A stretch of 64,000 nt of DNA, from sequence record DRR723986_1437; one strand, 5' to 3'. Numbering within the stretch: position 1 is the stretch's first letter; each line of letters opens with the position of its first letter. This document shows positions 18,886-27,311 of this stretch, in pieces. Under the pieces are notes generated by a model. That model was not told the DNA's origin and did not search any database. It worked only from the letters and a program-made list of their open reading frames with translations. Both the position numbers and the translations under genes were made by a program.

Positions 18886-19950
18886 TTAAGCAACCTGTGC
18901 AAGCCTGCGTTTGCGAACACCTTGTGCCAAGGTTTCCAGCACTTGCAGGCTGTCGTCCCAGCCCACGCAACCATCGGTGATGCTTTGGCCGTAAGTCAAA
19001 GGCTTGCCGGGTTCAAGGTCCTGGCGACCTTCCACCAAGTGGCTTTCAACCATGACACCCATGATGCGCGCATCGCCGGCGGCCAGTTGTTCAGCGATGT
19101 TCTCGCACACCCCAACCTGGTTCTTGGGAACCTTGCTGCTGTTGCCATGACTTGCATCAATCATGATTCGGGCGGCCAGGCCTGCCTTGCCAATGTCGGC
19201 CGCCGCGGCCTCCACTGACGCTGCGTCATAGTTCGGGCCTTTCCCGCCACGCAGAATAATGTGGCAGTCCTCGTTGCCCGAGGTGCTGACAATCGCGCTG
19301 CGACCCTCCTTGGTTACGCTCAGGAAGTGATGTGGGTGTTGCGCTGCCTTGATGGCATCCACTGCAATTTTTACGTTGCCGTCTGTGCCATTCTTGAAAC
19401 CGACCGGACAGCTTAGACCTGATGACAACTCACGATGAATCTGGCTTTCAGTGGTGCGGGCACCAATCGCACCCCAACTGACCAAATCAGCGATGTACTG
19501 TGGGGTGATCATGTCGAGGAACTCAGTTCCCGCTGGCAAACCCAGGCTGTTGATATTCAAAAGCACTTCACGCGCCATGCGCAGGCCTTTGTTGATTTCA
19601 AAGCTGCCATCCAGATTGGGGTCGTTAATCAACCCCTTCCAGCCCACAGTGGTGCGCGGCTTCTCAAAATAGACACGCATCACAATTTCCAGGTCTTCTG
19701 CGTATTTTTCGCGATACACCTTCAGCTTGTTGGCGTATTCCATCGCTGCCTTCACGTCATGGATGGAACAGGGCCCCATTACGACGATCAAGCGATCGTC
19801 ACCACCATGCAGAATTTTGTGGAGGGCCGCACGGCAACCTGCCACTGTTTCGGCAATTGCGGGGGTAATGGGCACGTCTGCGATCAAGGCCGCAGGGGTG
19901 ATCAGTTCTTTAATTTCTTTGATTCTCAAGTCGTCTGTTACCGTGTTCAT
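18886..19950 (-). CDS. aroG: DAHP synthase (class I, AroG/AroF type)
   Basis: GPCSIHD, RVYFEKPRTTVGWKG, IGARTTESQ, DASHGNS. Confidence 0.92.
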   Translation of the reverse strand: MNTVTDDLRIKEIKELITPAALIADVPITPAIAETVAGCRAALHKILHGGDDRLIVVMGPCSIHDVKAAMEYANKLKVYREKYAEDLEIVMRVYFEKPRTTVGWKGLINDPNLDGSFEINKGLRMAREVLLNINSLGLPAGTEFLDMITPQYIADLVSWGAIGARTTESQIHRELSSGLSCPVGFKNGTDGNVKIAVDAIKAAQHPHHFLSVTKEGRSAIVSTSGNEDCHIILRGGKGPNYDAASVEAAAADIGKAGLAARIMIDASHGNSSKVPKNQVGVCENIAEQLAAGDARIMGVMVESHLVEGRQDLEPGKPLTYGQSITDGCVGWDDSLQVLETLAQGVRKRRLAQVA

Positions 19951-19998
19951 GCCAATTCTCCTGAATGCTGGCGCGCTTTTTGTTCAAAGTGTCGGTTC

Positions 19999-20036
19999 AA
20001 AAAAAAACCGCCAGGAAGTTCAGGCCTGGCGGTTTT
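19999..20036 (-). terminator. Attenuator terminator in the DAHP synthase leader
   Basis: Minus strand AAAACCGCCAGG-9 nt loop-CCTGGCGG followed by a 9-T run, upstream of the aroG start. Confidence 0.85.
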
Positions 20037-20060
20037 GGGATCTGTTTGAACTATGTGTTT

Positions 20061-20147
20061 TTACGCACAACCCTCTTCCGCCGCTTGCCCAAACCAGGCA
20101 AAGAAGCCAAAAAAAGCATAAAAAGAGTGCGCGAAATTCGTGTTCAT
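20061..20147 (-). CDS. Aromatic amino acid-rich leader peptide
   Basis: MNTNFAHSFYAFFGFFAWFGQAAEEGCA* (7 Phe, 1 Tyr, 1 Trp in 28 aa), just upstream of the terminator. Confidence 0.85.
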   Translation of the reverse strand: MNTNFAHSFYAFFGFFAWFGQAAEEGCA

Positions 20148-20245
20148 CTTTTAAATGTAATCAATTCATGGCCGCTGTGCAAGCGCGCTAAGCCAAATTC
20201 TAACAAGTCGCCGATGGCTGTGGTTGGCATCCCACTGAAAAACAA

Positions 20246-20273
20246 GGAACTTTGAGAACCTGAAGTCCACTCA
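20246..20273 (+). promoter_or_regulatory. hrp box (HrpL-type ECF promoter)
   Basis: GGAACT-N15-CCACTCA, near-perfect match to GGAACC-N15/16-CCACNNA. Confidence 0.7.
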
Positions 20274-20306
20274 AGCGTTCAATTTCAATACTCCAACCAA
20301 TGAATC

Positions 20307-20900
20307 ATGAGCATGAACGGAATCAACCCAATTCAAGTGAACCCAGTGAATATTGCCCAAGCACCTCCCCAAGCCCAACAGCGACCCACGGTGGACGCAG
20401 TAAGAACCCTCGCCGTGCAAATCAGGAGGCAAACCGCAGAGTTGATCCCGCTTGCCAACAATTTCTACACAGCATGGATGGTGTTACCACAAGCGCAGGC
20501 CCTCTCCTCTTCCGCATTACAACAACTCAAAAACACCTTTTTGGAAGCCGATGAGGGACATGCAGACTTTCTTCGTAAACTGGAGAACTGTACTGATGAA
20601 GTGCGGCACAATGCCAGAGAGGTCACTCGTTTGGCCATTTCATTGCACAACAACAGCTTCGAGGCACTCGAAATTGCCAGTCATTTACTCGAGCGGGGCC
20701 CTGGCAACTTGCTGGTGACCACGCCATTGGGGCCCTGGTCTTTGTCAAAGCAGGCCATTGACACCAGCTTGCTTTACCACATCACGGGTGATGCTGAGGT
20801 GCTGCAAGGCCAACAACCCCAAGACCGAGCCAATCTGGCTGCCTTGCATGCAGAATGGGCGCAAGACGACGCAATCGACCCCTATGCGCTTCAACGCTAG
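20307..20900 (+). CDS. Hypothetical protein, candidate type III effector
   Basis: 197 aa orphan; N/P/Q-rich N-terminus; hrp box upstream; convergent with tldD. Confidence 0.6.
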   Translation: MSMNGINPIQVNPVNIAQAPPQAQQRPTVDAVRTLAVQIRRQTAELIPLANNFYTAWMVLPQAQALSSSALQQLKNTFLEADEGHADFLRKLENCTDEVRHNAREVTRLAISLHNNSFEALEIASHLLERGPGNLLVTTPLGPWSLSKQAIDTSLLYHITGDAEVLQGQQPQDRANLAALHAEWAQDDAIDPYALQR

Positions 20901-20901
20901 T

Positions 20902-22371
20902 TTACTGAGTACCGCCCATGACCAGCCCATCAATGCGCAGGGTGGGCTGACCCACACCCACAGGTACGCTTTGACCTTCCTTACCGCAAGTGCCCACGCC
21001 ATCATCAAGCGCCATGTCATTGCCAACCATTGAAATTTTGGTAAGCGACTCTGGGCCGTTGCCGATCAAGGTTGCACCCTTGAGTGGGTAGGTGATTTTG
21101 CCGTTTTCAATTTTGTAGGCCAGCGAAGCTGAAAACACAAACTTGCCACTGGTGATGTCCACCTGACCACCGCCAAAATTCACGGCATACACGCCATCTT
21201 TTACGCTGGCGATAATTTCCTCGGGCGTTTTGTCGCCGTTCAACATGTAAGTGTTGGTCATGCGGGGCATGGGCAAATGCGCAAAGCTCTCGCGTCGACC
21301 ATTGCCAGTCACCGGCATTTTCATCAGGCGCGCATTCGTAATGTCTTGAATATAGCCTTTCAAAATACCGTCTTCAATCAGGGTGGTGCATTCGGTTTTG
21401 TTGCCTTCATCGTCAATATTCAGGGAACCCCGGCGGCTGGCCAAAGTACCATCATCAACAATCGTGACCCCCTTGGCGGCCACTCGCTGGCCAATCATGC
21501 CGGAAAAAGCACTGCTGCCTTTTCGGTTGAAGTCGCCTTCCAGACCGTGGCCAATCGCCTCATGCAGCAAAATACCAGGCCAACCTGAGCCGAGCACCAC
21601 GGTTTGAGAACCAGCGGGGGCAGGACGAGCCTCCAGATTGATCAAGGCCTGGTCCACTGCGGTGTGAGCATGGTGCATCAGGAATGCATCGTTGAAATGA
21701 CCAAAATCATAACGACCGCCCGCCCCCGACGAACCTGTCTCACGACGGCCTTTTTGTTCTACCACTACGCTGACATTGATTCGAACCAAAGGACGTACAT
21801 CCGCGGCGAGTACACCATCACTGCGAGCCACCAATACCACATCATAGGCGCCCACAATATTGGCCATCACTTGCTTCACGCGCTTGTCGCGCTTGCGTGC
21901 AAATTGTTCAAGACGCTTGAGCAGATCTACTTTTTCTGTCGATGTCAGTGTGGGAATCGGGTTCAGGGGGCTGTAGAGTGCCCGGCTTTCAGCGCCAGCA
22001 AAGCCCTTGCCCGTTTTCAGATTGCGATTGGCGGTTTTGCCCAAGCTTGCAATTTCACGCACCGACTTCGCCGCTGCCAAGATGGGTTTGAAGGCAATGT
22101 CGTCGGAATAGGCAAAAGCTGTTTTATCACCGCTGACAGCGCGCACGCCTACGCCCTGTTCAATGTTGTAGCTGCCCGATTTAACAATCCCTTCGTCCAG
22201 CGACCAACCTTCAATGCAACCGTACTGAAAATACAGATCGGCGAAATCCACCTTGTGCGAGAAAATTTCACCGAAAGCCTTCTGGATGTGGCCTTCATCA
22301 ATACCGTAGGGGGTCCACAACAGGCTTTGGGCAATGGCGAGATTGGAAATGGCGGGGTCTACTACTTTCAT
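20902..22371 (-). CDS. tldD: Metalloprotease TldD
   Basis: GWPGILLHEAIGHGLEGDFNRK, PMPRMTNTYM, GTCGKEGQSVPVGVGQPT; start taken at MKVVDP. Confidence 0.95.
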   Translation of the reverse strand: MKVVDPAISNLAIAQSLLWTPYGIDEGHIQKAFGEIFSHKVDFADLYFQYGCIEGWSLDEGIVKSGSYNIEQGVGVRAVSGDKTAFAYSDDIAFKPILAAAKSVREIASLGKTANRNLKTGKGFAGAESRALYSPLNPIPTLTSTEKVDLLKRLEQFARKRDKRVKQVMANIVGAYDVVLVARSDGVLAADVRPLVRINVSVVVEQKGRRETGSSGAGGRYDFGHFNDAFLMHHAHTAVDQALINLEARPAPAGSQTVVLGSGWPGILLHEAIGHGLEGDFNRKGSSAFSGMIGQRVAAKGVTIVDDGTLASRRGSLNIDDEGNKTECTTLIEDGILKGYIQDITNARLMKMPVTGNGRRESFAHLPMPRMTNTYMLNGDKTPEEIIASVKDGVYAVNFGGGQVDITSGKFVFSASLAYKIENGKITYPLKGATLIGNGPESLTKISMVGNDMALDDGVGTCGKEGQSVPVGVGQPTLRIDGLVMGGTQ

Positions 22372-22381
22372 GTTGAATCCT

Positions 22382-23188
22382 TTAAAGCACGCGGTGCGTA
22401 AGCGCGGGCAGGCTGTTTCGCACATCAACTATCTTAGCAGGGTCAAGCTGACCCAGCACTACCCCCTCCCCCTCTTGCAGCACATTCTCGACCTCGCCCC
22501 ACGGGTTCACCAACATGGAATGACCCCAGGTGCGGCGCCCATTCTCATGCACACCGCCTTGTCCGCAGGCCAGCACATAACACTGGTTTTCAATTGCACG
22601 AGCCCGCATTAGCACCTCCCAGTGGGCTCGACCCGTGGTGTAGGTAAATGCGGCGGGCATCACGATCAAATCAACAGGCCCCATGGCGCGGTAAAGTTCG
22701 GGAAAACGAAGGTCGTAGCACACGGACAAGCCTATTTTGAAGCCCTCCACATCGGCGACCACTGGCGTGGCCCCGGGCAGCAGTACACGCGCTTCATCGT
22801 AGCTTTCCTGCCCCTTGGTAAAACAGAACAGGTGAATTTTGTCGTACCGGGCCGTACATTCGCCCTGCGGATTGAAGACCAGCGTGGTGTTGAAAACGCG
22901 ACCCTCTACGTCGCTGGCAATTGGAAGGGTTCCCGCCACAATGTGGACGTTGCGCACCACGGCCTGATCGGCGAGGAATTGCTGGATTGGCCCTTGGCCG
23001 TATGCTTCGGCGATCGCCAACTTGTCGGTGTCTTTGTGGCCCATCAAGCAAAAGTATTCTGGCAACAGCACCAATTGCGCGCCCTGTTTGGCAGCCTGAC
23101 CGATCAGGCGCTGCGCAATGTCCAGGTTCCGTTCAAGGTCAGGTGTTGCAATCATTTGCAAACTTGCGACGGTCATGGAGTGGCTCAT
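22382..23188 (-). CDS. Carbon-nitrogen hydrolase (Nit family)
   Basis: LPEYF, YDKIHLF, VCYDLRFPEL catalytic E-K-C triad; yhdP-nit-tldD synteny. Confidence 0.9.
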   Translation of the reverse strand: MSHSMTVASLQMIATPDLERNLDIAQRLIGQAAKQGAQLVLLPEYFCLMGHKDTDKLAIAEAYGQGPIQQFLADQAVVRNVHIVAGTLPIASDVEGRVFNTTLVFNPQGECTARYDKIHLFCFTKGQESYDEARVLLPGATPVVADVEGFKIGLSVCYDLRFPELYRAMGPVDLIVMPAAFTYTTGRAHWEVLMRARAIENQCYVLACGQGGVHENGRRTWGHSMLVNPWGEVENVLQEGEGVVLGQLDPAKIVDVRNSLPALTHRVL

Positions 23189-23189
23189 G

Positions 23190-26100
23190 CTAATTCCTTG
23201 TGTTGGGGTCGTTGGTGGGCGGGGTGACTGCATCGCCCTTGCGCACACGCTCAATGACCGGGGCCACCCAGGGGCCGCTTACTTTGTATTGAAAAGAGAA
23301 TATTTTTGACAGTGGGTCTTTCAGCACGAAATCGGCAATCAATGATGCAATACCCACCGCCGGGTTGGCCGCAATCACAGAGTAGATCAGTGAACCGCCC
23401 GCAGGGTTCAGGTCAGGCAACACAACCACATTCAGGTTTTGGGTTTCGCTTTCCAGGTCCAGTTTTCCATCCATCAACACAGTGGCACTGGGTCCGGTCA
23501 TCTTGAAATTCTGGGTACTGGCGATGCCCTCTTTCAAAGCCACATCGGCTTCCATGGTGTCGTAGGCAAAGCCTTCCGAGAACACGTCTTTGAAGTCGAG
23601 CGTGAACCGACGCGGAATACTTTGCAAGGAAAGTACTCCCAGCAATTTGGCCACACCAGGATCTGCCTTCAAAAACTGACCTTTGGTACTCTGGAGTTTG
23701 AATTGCCCACTCAAACTGCCGTAATCAATATTCGTGGGTGCATCGTTCCAGCGCAAACGTCCAACCAGCGTGCCTTCGCCACCCTGAAAAACGCCAGCCA
23801 TGCCAAGTCGCGTTAACAGGCCGCCAGCATTCTTGACTGTTTGATCCACCTCAATATCGGTTCTTTGATTCTTCAGGTTTGCCCCGTACTGCCAAACCCC
23901 CTTGGCCCGGGTAATTGATTCAGGGTTCTCGATACGAAGCTCTTCGAGCTTCCATTCTTTCGGGCGCTGACTCAGCGCCGCGCGCGCCTGCTCTTCCCGA
24001 GTTTGATTGACCGCGATGAGCTTCAGATTGCCCAACACCAAATCATTCAAAGTGAAATTGTCCACCTGCACGTCCAGTGCCGGAATACTGGAGGCAGGTT
24101 CCTCCACCAAATCGCGTAGATCACTGTCGAGCGTTTTGGGAATGACCAGCGTTTTAAATCGGGCCAGCACAGCGCCATCGGGTCTCTGTTTGTCAGAAAC
24201 CCAGGACAGATAACCATCGACGCCTTTGGCTTTCACATCGAACTGCCATCTTTTTTCCACGGTGCGGGCAGCCACCGACACGCCTTCAAAGGATTTGCTG
24301 CCCACATTCAGGCGTTCGGTACGAATACCTACCTTTAACTTGATGTCGGTGCCTGCGGAGGGGTCACCCATCAACTCGCCCATCAAGCCCGTGTTGCCAG
24401 GGGCTGAGGTAATGTCATTAAAAATGGTACGCCAAGTGTCCAAATCAATGGCGGGTACCCGAATGTCGCCTTGTATTCCCGCTGTGGGGGCCGCCAGGGG
24501 CGCACCGATGGCGAACTGCATGGAATCAATACCCGCTTGCCCCGCCTGCTCCAGCACAATGGCACGAAGTTGTGCCAGCGGTTTCGCATCGGGACCCAAA
24601 TCCACTTGCCAACGCTCACCCTGGGCTGTAGCGCTTTGATTCAGTTTGAAGGGCAATCGGGCATCTGCTTTTTTGGCGAAGGGGGCTGGTAACTTGACTT
24701 CCAAACCCTGCAATTGGCTGTTCACATCGACGACTACGCCATTCTCGCGCGTAGCCACAAGTACCGAATACGGCGTGCTACCAGCGAGGTAAGGCTCACT
24801 CAAGGGGTTCAAATACTGGGCCAAACCCTTGGCTCGCGCAGTGCCATTGGCCCTGATTTCCATGCGCCCATTGGCATCTGTGGTGCCTTTCACCACCACA
24901 GCCCCCCCCAGGGCCTGGCCAAGCAACTGATCGATGAAAAGACCTTTGTTGGAGAATTGGATAACGCCGTCTACATTGCTGACCACCGGCATGCCACGCA
25001 CCACGCGGATGGAATTGCCTTTCAATTTCAGATCGCCTTTGACCTGTGTTTTTTCAGGATCGGCAATCGGAATGTTCAGACGCAAATCGAGGTTGGCATT
25101 GCCTTCCACCTGGGCATTGATCAAGGCCTCGTTCAATATTTCACGCACTGGGCTTTGATTCACAAAAGCCACCATCTTGCCCAACTCGCCCTGGCCTTCG
25201 CCTTTGATTTCCAACAAAGGCTCCCATGCATCCAGATTGTCAATACTGGCTTGAACGCCTTTCAAAACAACGCCTGAGGTTTCGGCTTGGTCTGCTTCAA
25301 TCAACATGCGTTTGCCAACAAACGAGGCTTTACCGTTCACTTTTTGAATACCTGGCCATCCTGGTGCATAGGTCAGTTCACCGTTTTCAAACGGCACATC
25401 GATCCTGAACACGCCCGGGTGCTTTGGGTCCGCAAAGGGGAAGTCGCTCAAGCGCCCCGACAGTTCAAACTGACCATTTTTTGCAGTGCCTGCTTTCAAG
25501 TTCTCGGTCAGCCACTCGCGGGCACTGGCACCTACCACCAGTGGCAGGTAATTGGCCACGCGCGCGATATTGGCCATCGGCAGAGAGCCCTTGATGTCGA
25601 TGACATCCGATTCATCCCGACGAAACTGGTAGCTGCCCGCGACCTCGGCCTGCAGGTCTGCATTGCTGACTTTGAGCTGTTCCACTGAAAATTCGGCAGG
25701 CTGATTGGCAGTAAACACATCCTTCCAGCCGCCGCGGCCCTCAATTGAATCAAAAGCCAGGGTTTCTGCTGAGAATATTTCTGGCAGTGAAATTTCAGAA
25801 TCATTGCCTGCCAAGGTCCATTCGCCGATAGAGTCGCTACCCTTGAATGTACCGCTGAGATTTTTGAAACCGGTGATTCGTCCGTTGGATTTGGGTGACG
25901 GATCGCGATACAACACAGTGAGCTTGCTGAAATCAACATCGGATTTGAACGAGACTGATTTCTCAAAGGGCTTGTTACCAGAAGTCCGCCAATCCAGCGC
26001 CACACGGTTGATTCGCCCGGCCACTTCGAAAGACTTCAAGGCTTCAAGCCGCTGAAGCTGCCCCAAATGTGGACCCAACTCGAGCACAATTGCCTGGGCC

Positions 26101-27236
26101 TGAGCCGCGTCCAATTGCTGAATCTGCACACCCCAATCCACCCCCTCTGAACCTGCTTCTTTCTTTAGGGACAAATCGGTCGGGCCAAACTGTTTTTGCC
26201 CGGCAATCTGGCCTTTCAGTTGACGGACCGAAATCGAATTGGGTTCAAACAGGGCATGCTCACCCTGCACTTCAATCAAAGCGCTGGTATTGGTCATGTC
26301 AAAGGGGATTGCCTCGACCTCGGGATTGGAGAAGCGCAATTTACCGATTCGGGCATCCAGCAAGGAACGCTGCACCAAACCGTCTTCAAAATCGACCCAT
26401 AACTTTCCCTGCGGCTGGGTAAGATCCACATCCAGACCGAAAGTTTTGAACACTGACTCAAGCGGTTCGCTTTGATCCACCAAGGCACTCAGGTAAAAAC
26501 TACCTTTCCATTTGGTCACATCGCCCAACTGACGCTCCAGCAAAGGCGTTTTGAAGTTCAAACGAACATTCACAGGCGTCTGGGCCAGCACAGGCAATTT
26601 GAAAGTCAGGCCGGCCTCGTGACGGCTCAGACCATTTTCCAGCAACAGTTCAGCCTCGATGGCTTGAGCGCCGGGGAATTGCCCCATGGCATCCTGCCAG
26701 TTCAATACGCCGTTCTTCAGCAACACGCGCTGCTGGGCGAGCAACCAGTCCAGCCCGGGGTTGCCCTGGCTGCCGTCGTCGATCAAGGGTATGCCTGCCA
26801 CCTCAATGACACCCTGTGAATTGCGCACCACACTGAGCGCTGGCGATTGCACTTCCAGGTTTTTCAGGCGCGGATTGAAGGCGAGAATGCTGGGCAAAGA
26901 CCAGGTGAGGTGAACTTGGTCCGCAGTGAAGCCAGGCTCACCGTTGGCTTGCGGCAAGCGAATATTTTGCACCACGAGCAAGGGACCAAAACCACGCCAA
27001 CTGGCTTGAATTTGGCCAATTTCAAGTGCAGTGCCTGTCTGGGTTTGCAAGTACCGCTGAATTTCAGGACGGTAACGGTCGATTTCAGGCAAGACCAACC
27101 ACTTGATGGCCAACAAAGCCATACACAGGGGGGTATAGACCGCAATCAGCACCCAAAACAGCACCGCCCCTGCACGCCGAAGCGCGGGGTTGCCCTTGAC
27201 TTGTTGCACCAGTGCCTGGTTTGTTCCTTCCTGCAA
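23190..27236 (-). CDS. yhdP: YhdP-family (AsmA-like) phospholipid transport protein
   Basis: 1348 aa; N-terminal TM; LLGVLSLQSIPRRFTLDFKDVFSEGF; upstream of nit-tldD. Confidence 0.88.
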   Translation of the reverse strand: MQEGTNQALVQQVKGNPALRRAGAVLFWVLIAVYTPLCMALLAIKWLVLPEIDRYRPEIQRYLQTQTGTALEIGQIQASWRGFGPLLVVQNIRLPQANGEPGFTADQVHLTWSLPSILAFNPRLKNLEVQSPALSVVRNSQGVIEVAGIPLIDDGSQGNPGLDWLLAQQRVLLKNGVLNWQDAMGQFPGAQAIEAELLLENGLSRHEAGLTFKLPVLAQTPVNVRLNFKTPLLERQLGDVTKWKGSFYLSALVDQSEPLESVFKTFGLDVDLTQPQGKLWVDFEDGLVQRSLLDARIGKLRFSNPEVEAIPFDMTNTSALIEVQGEHALFEPNSISVRQLKGQIAGQKQFGPTDLSLKKEAGSEGVDWGVQIQQLDAAQAQAIVLELGPHLGQLQRLEALKSFEVAGRINRVALDWRTSGNKPFEKSVSFKSDVDFSKLTVLYRDPSPKSNGRITGFKNLSGTFKGSDSIGEWTLAGNDSEISLPEIFSAETLAFDSIEGRGGWKDVFTANQPAEFSVEQLKVSNADLQAEVAGSYQFRRDESDVIDIKGSLPMANIARVANYLPLVVGASAREWLTENLKAGTAKNGQFELSGRLSDFPFADPKHPGVFRIDVPFENGELTYAPGWPGIQKVNGKASFVGKRMLIEADQAETSGVVLKGVQASIDNLDAWEPLLEIKGEGQGELGKMVAFVNQSPVREILNEALINAQVEGNANLDLRLNIPIADPEKTQVKGDLKLKGNSIRVVRGMPVVSNVDGVIQFSNKGLFIDQLLGQALGGAVVVKGTTDANGRMEIRANGTARAKGLAQYLNPLSEPYLAGSTPYSVLVATRENGVVVDVNSQLQGLEVKLPAPFAKKADARLPFKLNQSATAQGERWQVDLGPDAKPLAQLRAIVLEQAGQAGIDSMQFAIGAPLAAPTAGIQGDIRVPAIDLDTWRTIFNDITSAPGNTGLMGELMGDPSAGTDIKLKVGIRTERLNVGSKSFEGVSVAARTVEKRWQFDVKAKGVDGYLSWVSDKQRPDGAVLARFKTLVIPKTLDSDLRDLVEEPASSIPALDVQVDNFTLNDLVLGNLKLIAVNQTREEQARAALSQRPKEWKLEELRIENPESITRAKGVWQYGANLKNQRTDIEVDQTVKNAGGLLTRLGMAGVFQGGEGTLVGRLRWNDAPTNIDYGSLSGQFKLQSTKGQFLKADPGVAKLLGVLSLQSIPRRFTLDFKDVFSEGFAYDTMEADVALKEGIASTQNFKMTGPSATVLMDGKLDLESETQNLNVVVLPDLNPAGGSLIYSVIAANPAVGIASLIADFVLKDPLSKIFSFQYKVSGPWVAPVIERVRKGDAVTPPTNDPNTRN

Positions 27237-27311
27237 GAAATACCGCCCGAATAATCGTCAACACCTGTAGTACGCTATTGTAGAACCAAGCTTCCCTTTA
27301 TAACGACACGC

